A stretch of 62,214 nucleotides of DNA, counting the filler, from Candidatus Woesearchaeota archaeon (GTDB taxonomy: Archaea > Nanobdellota > Nanobdellia > Woesearchaeales > GCA-2687795): assembly GCA_030753365.1 (NCBI GenBank). It is 5 parts of 5 records of this genome, joined end to end, with 100 filler letters (N's around TTAATTAATTAA, not from the genome) between each part and the next. Parts side by side here need not be neighbours in the genome. Positions count along the whole stretch, not along the records: positions 24,355 to 42,134 come from JASMCJ010000011.1; positions 42,235 to 50,978 come from JASMCJ010000012.1; 3 more parts are not named here. One strand, written 5' to 3'. Numbering within the stretch: the first letter of the stretch is position 1; each line of letters begins with the position of its first letter. The notes beneath the pieces were generated by a model. That model searched no databases and was not told the DNA's origin. It worked only from the letters and a program-made list of their open reading frames with translations. Made by a program: the position numbers and the translations under genes. Positions 40,308-48,781 of this stretch are shown here, piece by piece.

Positions 40308-40683
40308 GTTTAAGATATCTTTTTTGTCTTATTGATATTATTCCTATGTTCTTTTGCTTTAATCTTGATTTAAGCTCTTTATCTTGCGTTGCGACAATGT
40401 GTTCCTTATTAACTATGTTCATGATTAAGTCATCAACAATCCTGTCTTTATCTGTTTTGATGATGCTTATATGCTTCTGTTTTATCAATGACAATGCAAG
40501 CTTTGCTGCTCTGCCATCTTTGCCTTTATTCTGCTCAATAAGTCCTTTAAGTTCATCTAAGGTCTTATCTATAATGTATAATTTATACCTGAAATCGCAG
40601 ATTCTTTGGATCTCAGCGAATATATCTATCCTGAACTGGCTCACAGCCATAAGGAAGTTTGTATCGAGTATTACTTGTATCAT
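40300..40683 (-). CDS. PIN-domain protein (Fcf1/Utp24-like)
   Basis: ILDTNFL, VDD, VATQDKEL; usual rpoE' neighbour. Confidence 0.9.
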   Translation of the reverse strand: MIQVILDTNFLMAVSQFRIDIFAEIQRICDFRYKLYIIDKTLDELKGLIEQNKGKDGRAAKLALSLIKQKHISIIKTDKDRIVDDLIMNIVNKEHIVATQDKELKSRLKQKNIGIISIRQKRYLKLE

Positions 40684-40719
40684 AGGATATCAGTTCCATT
40701 TATAAAGTTTACCATTAAA

Positions 40720-40983
40720 TTAATCTATTAATTCCTCAATATCTTTAATCTTTTTAGGATTTAAGCTAACTTCTAATCCATAATGAGTTGGCTTTGATAA
40801 AAGTATATGTTCTTTAAGAAGCTCTTCTACTGCTTTCTTAGTGTGTTTAGATATTCTTAATTCATTTGATAATCCTTTAGGAAGGTTATTAATATTTGTA
40901 TGTTTATGTAACCACATTCTTTTTCTATATAATTTTCTAATAATGAACTTTTTAATAATTAGCTTTTCATCCATAATCTCCAA
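40720..40983 (-). CDS. Small basic hypothetical (possible wHTH) protein
   Basis: 87-aa ORF divergent from an HTH gene. Confidence 0.6.
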   Translation of the reverse strand: MEIMDEKLIIKKFIIRKLYRKRMWLHKHTNINNLPKGLSNELRISKHTKKAVEELLKEHILLSKPTHYGLEVSLNPKKIKDIEELID

Positions 40984-41099
40984 AAAGGAGTTGTTATATT
41001 TATAGTTTTCGTTTTATGAACTATGGTTATTAAAATAGAAATGTTTAAATAATACCTCTAGATGTATATGTATATATAGATATATAGTTGTAAGATAAG

Positions 41100-41456
41100 A
41101 TGACAGAAGAAAAAACAAATGAAAAATCTGTATTCATAGAATACTTTGGGGACTATCCATTGATAAGAGTGTTAGATTTTCTAATCTTAGGTAGGGATAT
41201 GGACTACAGTATGACTGAAATAGCTAAGAATTCAGGGGTTGGCTGGACAGCTTTCTCCGAAATATGGCTTCAGCTAATTGAAAAAGATATTGTAACATTT
41301 ACAAGGAAGATAGGCAATGCAAAACTGTTTAGATTGAACGTGGAGAATCTATGGGTTAAAGAATTAATTAAAATGGATAAGATTATCACAAAGTTAGAGA
41401 CTGATAAATTACTTTCTGGAGCTGAACATGGAAAGCCTATGAAAGTAGAAGCGTGA
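41100..41456 (+). CDS. Winged helix-turn-helix protein
   Basis: RVLDFL..YSMTEIAKNSGVGW..TRKIGNAKLFRLN. Confidence 0.8.
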   Translation: MTEEKTNEKSVFIEYFGDYPLIRVLDFLILGRDMDYSMTEIAKNSGVGWTAFSEIWLQLIEKDIVTFTRKIGNAKLFRLNVENLWVKELIKMDKIITKLETDKLLSGAEHGKPMKVEA

Positions 41457-41585
41457 TTTAGTGTTTGGTTTAAATAATTAATAATGTGTCTTTTCTATTG
41501 TTTTGCTGATAATCTAGGCTTACTAATGTTTGTAGCTACCCATTAACCAAAACTTTAATAAGAAACTCTTTTCTAATATTATATT

Positions 41586-42134
41586 ATGCAAAAGAGGAGT
41601 GCTTTATTGATTTTAATATTGTTCTTTATCAACATAGCTTATGCTGCTGAAATAGATTCTTCTGTTGAAGAAAAATTGAATGATAAGGCCTCTGTTTCTG
41701 TGATAGTTGTGTTAAAAGATGTTGATTTATCTGAAGCTAGTAAGGGGATAAGCAGTGTATTTGAACAGAGAAAATCAAAAATAAAAGAACAGCAGGAAAG
41801 GGTTTTGGATTCATTGGAAGTAAAGTCTTTTGAACAACAAACAAAAAAGGGAATAAAAAGCTTAAATTCTGAAGAATATGACATTATGTTGAAACACAAA
41901 TATTCTACAATAAATAGTTTCTCTGGAGAAATTACACAAGAAGGGTTGGAAAAATTAAGAAAAAATCCTAATGTAAAGTCAGTTATTATCAATGGAAAGA
42001 AGGAATTGTTTCTTGATGTAAGCGTTCCAATGGTAAACGCATCCAACACATGGGGTTATGTGTATAATGACACAAACATAACTGGAAAAGGAGAAACAGT
42101 TTGTGTGATTGATACTGGGGTGGATTATACTCAT
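41586..42134 (+). CDS. S8 subtilisin-like protease with I9 prodomain, truncated by contig end
   Basis: Signal peptide; TGKGETVCVIDTGVDYTH catalytic Asp motif. Confidence 0.9.
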
Positions 42135-42234
42135 NNNNNNNNNNNNNNNNNNNNNNNNNNNNNNNNNNNNNNNNNNNNTTAATTAATTAANNNNNNNNNN
42201 NNNNNNNNNNNNNNNNNNNNNNNNNNNNNNNNNN
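42135..42234. other. Artificial contig linker
   Basis: N-run with TTAATTAATTAA. Confidence 0.99.
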
Positions 42235-42318
42235 TATCAGTTCTACGAGTGCAACATACCCTTGATGGGAATCTATTTACAGCATGCACATTCTATTTAG
42301 TTGTTTGAGTGCAGCCCC

Positions 42319-42396
42319 ATTTGTTAGGGGTGGGACACTCGAGAAGTTGTGCGGTAGTGGGGAGGAGTGAAATAAAAATCGAAGATTTTTGTTTTA
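42319..42396. repeat. G-rich repeat plus stop-codon hairpin, copy 3
   Basis: ATTTGTTAGGGGTGGGACAC...GCGGTAGTGGGGAGG, then AAATAAAAATC-GAA-GATTTTTGTTT. Confidence 0.8.
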
Positions 42397-42927
42397 CCAT
42401 GCATCATAAAAAGCATTTCCCTTTGTATCAAAATCTAGAAACTCCTTAGTAACTCTCTGCAGCTTATAAACAACATACCATAACTGATCAGTATAAATAA
42501 AATCCAAATCTTTATTTATAATATAATTCAAATAAATATCTTGTAACTTCTGTAAGAACTTGCTTCCATTAAATCTGTTAGCATAATCAGCCTCAACATG
42601 GCAATCAAAATCTATCTGCAGCCTTCCCTTTGTAAGAATCTTTTTCTCCCCTTCCTTAACAACCTCAAGCTGCTTCATATCTCTAATCTTAATATGAACC
42701 TCTATCCAATATTTAATATACTCATTAACTTTCTTCCATCCGCTCCATTCTATAGTCTGCTCAGCTCCTGCAGGAGAAGGCACTTTATGCTTATACAATG
42801 TTTCCTCAAAGAAATACCCTCTATCAACAAGCCAGTCATGCATAAGATTATACAATTCCTTAAAATCAAAAATCCCATCCAGTTTAATCGTAGCAACTGG
42901 ACTTGGTAAATCATAATTCTTGCTCAT
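42394..42927 (-). CDS. Hypothetical protein
   Basis: 177-aa ORF with GGTGAG Shine-Dalgarno. Confidence 0.75.
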   Translation of the reverse strand: MSKNYDLPSPVATIKLDGIFDFKELYNLMHDWLVDRGYFFEETLYKHKVPSPAGAEQTIEWSGWKKVNEYIKYWIEVHIKIRDMKQLEVVKEGEKKILTKGRLQIDFDCHVEADYANRFNGSKFLQKLQDIYLNYIINKDLDFIYTDQLWYVVYKLQRVTKEFLDFDTKGNAFYDAW

Positions 42928-42973
42928 AGAACTCTCACCTGCTCTTAAACATATATAAAATTATCTATAATGA

Positions 42974-43140
42974 AGGCTTCATCCAAAGAGAAGGTTGCCA
43001 TCAATTATGTGAGCTTTATTAATACTAATATCAAAGCTGGAAGGGGGTTGTCCCTTACGGGGAACCCAGCTCATCTATTCTAAGAAGCTGAAAGCGAGCC
43101 TTATGGCAACCCGAGCTATGCGAGTTTTTGGATGAAGCCT
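42974..43140. other. 167-bp nested inverted-repeat element (MITE-like or structured RNA)
   Basis: Perfect 14-bp terminal inverted repeat AGGCTTCATCCAAA plus internal stems. Confidence 0.7.
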
Positions 43141-44629
43141 ATCTACCTTGAAGCACACAAAGAGATTTATAAATCTCCACGCTATCTTCATAAACCTTCT
43201 CAAAGCACTTATCATCAACATAACTTAATTTGTAAACGCCAAATTCCTCTTTCGCCCTCTCGGAGAAATAAATATACTTCACATCATACTTATCCAGCAA
43301 TCTTATAGCCTCAGTCTGTAAAGGAGTAGTATAAATAGTCATTATATCCTTCAGCCTAATATCAGCATCCTCTATCAACAAAAAGTTAGAATCTCCCATA
43401 TTCTTCCTATGTGCTATAGCTGTTACCAGCACACCTTCCTCTAAAGTAGAAAGAATAGTATCATCTTCACCAGAATTATCTTCAAGCCACCTTAATGCTC
43501 TAACTTCCTCAGGCTTTACAGCTTCCTCTAAACTCTCATTAGCATACGTTACTGAAGGAATAATAGAAGTAAGAACAAAAACAATGCTTATCCCTCCAAT
43601 CAGCACATACCTATATTTATGAAAATGTGTCTTTCCCCAATGCCCTAACAGCATCTTAAACGCCTGCGGAAACAACAGCACAAAAATAACACTAAGAAAC
43701 ATAAGCCCTACATTCAGTTCAATCAATCTTAACATCAAAAGTATTCCAATCAGGAAAGCAAAAGAAATCAGCAAATAAATATCTCTGTTTTTCTCAATAA
43801 AAATATATTTATAAATAATAAACAATCCAAATATTAACGGAATTATGCCTACCTTATAAATAGCTTCAAGAATCGTAATCTCACTAAAAAATCGGTTCAA
43901 CAATTCGGCAGGAATATTTTGCCATATCACATAATATCCATGAGCCAGAAAAGCCCTCCTAAACGTTATAAACAATGACCATAAAATAAGGAACGTGGAA
44001 AACAATATCAATTCAAGCTCTATCTTGCTCTGTTTTAGTCCTATCAACTTAATCAACACCAAAAAAACCAGAAGTGCGCCGCTCAGCACAATAACTGATG
44101 GATGAATAAGCCTTAACACCAAAATAAGCACTATAAAAAAAGAAACATACTTCTTATCCTCCTCAATCTTCATAAAGCAAAAAATCAACAAAGCTGTTAA
44201 CGGCACAACAAGCGCATACACAGACACATCATTAATAGTATCATGAAAAAAAGCAGGAATAAACCCTGAAAGGAAAGCTGTAAACAATGCAACCTTCTTA
44301 TTTTTAGTAATATGGTTAGAAATAATATATATTACGAACGCCAATGAAGCCATAAACACATTCGGCAGTACCTTAAGTACAAATTGTACTGGTAAAAATA
44401 AGTTAAAAAGCGCTAAAACATAATAATACAACGGCGGAAAAAAAAGCGTTCTCCCTCCATAGCTAAGCATATCATTAAACAAAGGCACCCCATTCTGCCC
44501 TATATATTCCACATGCCTTATGGTTTCATATCCTTCAATATTAAAATAAGGCGTCTGAAAAGAAAAATAAAGCCTTGCGGAAAGAGTTAATAAAAATATA
44601 AGAAATAATATAATATGGTTCTTATTCAT
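43139..44629 (-). CDS. Polytopic membrane protein, GT-C-like
   Basis: FPPLYYY loop, many TMs, soluble C-terminus ending LLDKYDVKYIY. Confidence 0.65.
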   Translation of the reverse strand: MNKNHIILFLIFLLTLSARLYFSFQTPYFNIEGYETIRHVEYIGQNGVPLFNDMLSYGGRTLFFPPLYYYVLALFNLFLPVQFVLKVLPNVFMASLAFVIYIISNHITKNKKVALFTAFLSGFIPAFFHDTINDVSVYALVVPLTALLIFCFMKIEEDKKYVSFFIVLILVLRLIHPSVIVLSGALLVFLVLIKLIGLKQSKIELELILFSTFLILWSLFITFRRAFLAHGYYVIWQNIPAELLNRFFSEITILEAIYKVGIIPLIFGLFIIYKYIFIEKNRDIYLLISFAFLIGILLMLRLIELNVGLMFLSVIFVLLFPQAFKMLLGHWGKTHFHKYRYVLIGGISIVFVLTSIIPSVTYANESLEEAVKPEEVRALRWLEDNSGEDDTILSTLEEGVLVTAIAHRKNMGDSNFLLIEDADIRLKDIMTIYTTPLQTEAIRLLDKYDVKYIYFSERAKEEFGVYKLSYVDDKCFEKVYEDSVEIYKSLCVLQGR

Positions 44630-44654
44630 ATTAGTTCATTCTATACTCTCTTTT

Positions 44655-45062
44655 TTATTTGCTTTGAACCTTAGGCAAAGGTAATGGTGGAGGCAGGTTA
44701 ACATCTCTGCTTAGAACCATTGCTTGTATATTGCATCTGCCTAATACATTATTTAATATGCTTGTCAAAATCTCTTTAGGCAGCTTCTTATCCTTCTTCC
44801 AGGCATCATGAATCTCCTTAATCTTTCTACTCTCTTCAAGGAAAATCACTTCTCCAAGCAGCTTAATTTCTCCTACACTTGGCTCATACTTTGAAGTAAA
44901 CTCAAATGAAACCTTAAGTCCTTCCTGTTTTGTCTTGCCTAAATGAATTTCATGCGTTTCAACATCTTTAACGCTCACATTATTATTAATCTTAATCTCA
45001 CCTTTAATAACAGGCTTCCTTTCCGCATTTATCTTAATAAAGTTAAATCCAACAACTGCCAT
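44655..45062 (-). CDS. Hypothetical protein
   Basis: MAVVGFNF start with GGTGA SD; ends LPPPLPLPKV. Confidence 0.75.
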   Translation of the reverse strand: MAVVGFNFIKINAERKPVIKGEIKINNNVSVKDVETHEIHLGKTKQEGLKVSFEFTSKYEPSVGEIKLLGEVIFLEESRKIKEIHDAWKKDKKLPKEILTSILNNVLGRCNIQAMVLSRDVNLPPPLPLPKVQSK

Positions 45063-45147
45063 AATAATCACCAAGAACAAAGAAATTAATAGAGTATATA
45101 AAAGTTTCGAAGAAAAAATTATAGCATTCAGCTTTTAATTAAACTCC

Positions 45148-45477
45148 TTAATCGCTACTTTGCAACACTTTATCACTCACAGATTCCTCTTCTACAGGAA
45201 CATATACCAAAAGCCAATTATCTCCCAGTTGTTGTTCTAAGCGCATCGTTCCTTCATACAGCCGCTTAGTAGGTATATAACCCAAAACTCCAGCAGAAAT
45301 AGTCTTATTAAGCTCCTTTGCTTTATCTATGAGCTCATAAATTTCACTAATTATATTATCATCTTCTTCTGTTGTCTTATATCCTCCAGGATAACACATT
45401 CTTTGCATAAGTGATTCAATCTCTTTTTCAGTCCTACGACATTCTCTATAATCACGAAAAAACTTAGTTATTCTCAT
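45148..45477 (-). CDS. Hypothetical protein
   Basis: 109-aa ORF with upstream TTTAAATA. Confidence 0.55.
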   Translation of the reverse strand: MRITKFFRDYRECRRTEKEIESLMQRMCYPGGYKTTEEDDNIISEIYELIDKAKELNKTISAGVLGYIPTKRLYEGTMRLEQQLGDNWLLVYVPVEEESVSDKVLQSSD

Positions 45478-45530
45478 ATAAACCAGAAATCCTACAAATT
45501 ATTTAAATCTTTCTTAGATATAAGAAATAA

Positions 45531-46628
45531 TTATGGCAACCAACTCTTAGGATTCTTCATCTTATTAGGCAGATACTTGCTAATAACATAATTCAGACCC
45601 CACTTAGCCAACGCCTGCTGCTCTGCTCTAACCTTCATCTGCGCCATCTGTTTCAAAGCTTTTTGCCATTCCCTATGATGCAAAATAAAAGGATCATTCT
45701 TTAACCCATCCTTAATACGTTTTACATCCACTTCCTTTAAAGGATGTGTTGGCAGCTTATAATCAATAATATCCTGAGGGGTAACCCCTATAAACTTTGC
45801 ATTAGGAACACAGAAATACTGGTTAATATGCGCAGCATTCCCTGAGCCAACTTTCAATGTTCTGTAAATATTCATATGCCCATAAGGATCACCATCAGTA
45901 AACACATAAACAGGCAGTTTCTTATCATCACTCAGCCTTCTGATAAATCTCCTGCACGCCCTTGTAGGAACTCCTCCAAGAGATATAAGAATGCAATTAG
46001 CCTTCTTCCAATAATTATGCTTAACCAGTCTCTGAAACATACCAGCAGTCTCAATAGCAAGAATAAACTTAGCATCAGTCTCAAACTTCAGCTCTTCAAC
46101 AGATATTGGAATAGAATAAGCTCCTGAACCAAACTTGGTGCAATCAATCCTAAGCTCCTCTCCAGAATCCCTATCCTTATCTATAACAATCAGCTTTCCT
46201 GCGATATCTCCTCCCTTCTCTTCAGGAATAAACCCTATCTGTTCCCTATTAACCATCATCATAGCTTCAAAATCATCCATCACAGTATCAGAATCCGGCT
46301 GGCTTAGAAACTTAGCTTCCTTCCAGTTCTTACTTACATAATAAGCCTCTCTCTTTGTAGCAATATCCTCCTCCCCAATCAACTGCTTTGACAAAGCCAT
46401 CATCCTTAAAGTTTGAGCAAACGTCTTAACAGTAGAAGCAGTAAGCGTTCTATTCTTCATCTTCCCTAAAAGCTCAAAATAACCATCATTTTCTTCATAC
46501 TTAACATTAGCAAGACTCCTTAGTGGCATATGAAGTTCTGGTTGGTCTTTCTTAAGAATTTTATTATACATGCCTGTAGCAATATCTTTTATCTTAACTA
46601 CAACATTTGATGGTTTTTTATCTGCCAT
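45531..46628 (-). CDS. top6A: DNA topoisomerase VI subunit A
   Basis: TKREAYY catalytic Tyr, AIETAG, GGVPTR, DGDPYG, AEQQAL. Confidence 0.96.
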   Translation of the reverse strand: MADKKPSNVVVKIKDIATGMYNKILKKDQPELHMPLRSLANVKYEENDGYFELLGKMKNRTLTASTVKTFAQTLRMMALSKQLIGEEDIATKREAYYVSKNWKEAKFLSQPDSDTVMDDFEAMMMVNREQIGFIPEEKGGDIAGKLIVIDKDRDSGEELRIDCTKFGSGAYSIPISVEELKFETDAKFILAIETAGMFQRLVKHNYWKKANCILISLGGVPTRACRRFIRRLSDDKKLPVYVFTDGDPYGHMNIYRTLKVGSGNAAHINQYFCVPNAKFIGVTPQDIIDYKLPTHPLKEVDVKRIKDGLKNDPFILHHREWQKALKQMAQMKVRAEQQALAKWGLNYVISKYLPNKMKNPKSWLP

Positions 46629-46691
46629 AGTCGAGAGTAGATTAATAAGGCTTTTTAATACTTTCTATCTAAGAACTTAAGATTATACATC

Positions 46692-46898
46692 TTATTTAGC
46701 CAATCCATAATCACAATGCCTATCAAGATACTCTTTATACCTGTTCTCTAACTCTTCTCTTTCTCTTGCTTCTTCCATAGGATTATAAGAAAGTTTCTCA
46801 TCAGGTTCTATTGAAGCGTTAAATTCAGCTACTGCTCTCTTTGCTTCCCTTATTTTTCTATTAACTCTATAGTTTTTTATCATTTCTCCAATATTCAT
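46692..46898 (-). CDS. Small hypothetical protein
   Basis: 68-aa ORF with GAGGT SD. Confidence 0.55.
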   Translation of the reverse strand: MNIGEMIKNYRVNRKIREAKRAVAEFNASIEPDEKLSYNPMEEAREREELENRYKEYLDRHCDYGLAK

Positions 46899-46984
46899 TT
46901 TATTTACCTCTTTATATCATTTAACATAGAACTAGTATTTAAATCTTTCTATGTTCACTCCTAACAAGTAATCAATCCCTCTTT

Positions 46985-47959
46985 TTAACCAAAATTCCAA
47001 ACCTTCTCAAACTCTTCCAAAAACTCTTCAGCAATCCCTTTATCATGTATAATTACCACATTCTCATCATTCTTCTCATCACCTGAAGCAGATGGATTCA
47101 TGCTTCCAGTAATAACAATCTCATTATCAATAATAAACACTTTATTATGCATCTTCGCAGGATTAGAATCCTTTGTAACATTCAATCCAAAGCCCTTCAA
47201 CCTTTCAAACTGCGAATACTTAGAACCCCCTTGACTCTTCTCAAAAACACCCTTAATATCCTCAACATCAACAAAAAGTATAGCATCAGCAATCTCTTCA
47301 GAAGTAAAGCTAAAAGTCATAAAATAAATACTTTTCTTAGCCTTCAACAAAGCATTAACAATATGCTTAGCACAACGATCCTCTGGGCAGAAATAGTTCT
47401 CAACCTTTATGCCACCAACTAAAACCACTGGATACTCCACATTTTCACCTTCTCCAAACCTTCCATCCCATAACTCCTCAAACTCAGCCTCATAATTCTT
47501 AGACAGAAACCTTGAATTAGTCACAATAAAATTATTATTGTTCTTGTAAGCACCTCTCTCCGTAGGATTAAAAGAGCCTGTAAACAATAACCCATTATCA
47601 ATAATGCAAAACTTATTATGAGAATACTGTCCACCATCATCCCTCTTAACCCAGCTGCCCTTAACCTGCCCTTTATCATTAACATTATCAATAACAACCT
47701 TAACATCAATACTTTCACTCTTCTCACCCAATATACCAATAATAGATTCAAGCTTTAAATCAAACAAAGCGCAGTGAATAGAATCTTTGGCGCTATCCAA
47801 CAAATGATGCAAAACCTCCTCGCAGTTATCTTCCGGGCAGAAATAAGCTTTTATTTCACCTGTTTCCTTTGGTATTTCTACAACAGTTCTATTTGTTATA
47901 CTGGAAGAACAGGATGAAACAAAAAGAACCACAATTACCCATAAGAAACCAAATCTCAT
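46985..47959 (-). CDS. Phospholipase D-family lipoprotein (two HKD motifs)
   Basis: Lipobox-like VSSC; HNKFCIID..TGSFN and HNKVFIID..TGSMN. Confidence 0.9.
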   Translation of the reverse strand: MRFGFLWVIVVLFVSSCSSSITNRTVVEIPKETGEIKAYFCPEDNCEEVLHHLLDSAKDSIHCALFDLKLESIIGILGEKSESIDVKVVIDNVNDKGQVKGSWVKRDDGGQYSHNKFCIIDNGLLFTGSFNPTERGAYKNNNNFIVTNSRFLSKNYEAEFEELWDGRFGEGENVEYPVVLVGGIKVENYFCPEDRCAKHIVNALLKAKKSIYFMTFSFTSEEIADAILFVDVEDIKGVFEKSQGGSKYSQFERLKGFGLNVTKDSNPAKMHNKVFIIDNEIVITGSMNPSASGDEKNDENVVIIHDKGIAEEFLEEFEKVWNFG

Positions 47960-48519
47960 CTTTTCTCAGCTAATTTCCCCACACTCTTCCTCAATCCAAA
48001 CTTCACATCAGCATACTTACCCTCTAAATCATCAAGAAACTTCCTTAATTTCTCATTCATCTTAATTCCAACAAATTTAGTCTTTTTGAACTTGGCAAAC
48101 AGCCTTATTTCATCTTCCCTAACATTGCTGAACAGCTTAACATAACTCTTTTTAGCCTTTTTCTTATTGAAAAACAGCTCTTCTAGGAAAGAACAATCCT
48201 CATTCTCCAATGTCCATGGAATAACTACTTTATTCACTTTATTATTTTTAACAAAACTCTTCAATTCCTTCTCTTTTTCATTACTAAACTCTGGCTTATA
48301 GAAACTCTTCACAGGCAATCCTTTTATTATGCCTTTGACAACCTTTTGGCTCAGTTTATCTAAGAATAGTATTCTATCATCTTTCTTAAACGCCTTATTA
48401 ACCCTAATATCCTTCCTTATTCTAAGCTCTATCTGCTTACAGAAGCAGTTCTCACAGAGCGGCTCAATAGCAGGAAATCTTGCCTTTACAGGCTTTTTAT
48501 GGCATCGTGAACACAGCAT
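47956..48519 (-). CDS. Degenerate TtuA/NcsA-like protein
   Basis: CSRC..CENC finger and KKDDRIL, but no SGGKDS PP-loop. Confidence 0.55.
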   Translation of the reverse strand: MLCSRCHKKPVKARFPAIEPLCENCFCKQIELRIRKDIRVNKAFKKDDRILFLDKLSQKVVKGIIKGLPVKSFYKPEFSNEKEKELKSFVKNNKVNKVVIPWTLENEDCSFLEELFFNKKKAKKSYVKLFSNVREDEIRLFAKFKKTKFVGIKMNEKLRKFLDDLEGKYADVKFGLRKSVGKLAEKR

Positions 48520-48781
48520 ATGTTAATATAATGGTTTGGAGTTTAAATATTACTATGTTATCTCCTCTCATTTTGTCACCACTCCAAAATGCTTAAAAAT
48601 AGAAACATTTATATATAAGCTTACTCACTCTAAAGTAAATAATAGTTATTTTGGGGGAAATAATATTTACATTTAATTTTTTGATATTAGTTTCATTATC
48701 ACCTCTTTTTCCCCAGCAAGTGCTTCTTCGGAAGTGCTTGCTAGGGTTTTATACTCCATTTCTAAGTTTATTAAGAATTCT

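Noticed and set aside
42289..42370. G-rich repeat read as a small peptide (..PFVRGGT..)
   Set aside because: The same frame hits a stop in copy 2 and is not kept in copy 1
8191..42396. Diversity-generating retroelement suggested by GAA hairpins at gene ends
   Set aside because: No reverse transcriptase and no TR/VR pair with adenine-specific mismatches seen; two of the three adjacent genes are conserved housekeeping genes
42974..43140. RNase P or SRP RNA identity
   Set aside because: No GAGGAAAGUCC-like P4 or SRP helix 8 motif found on either strand
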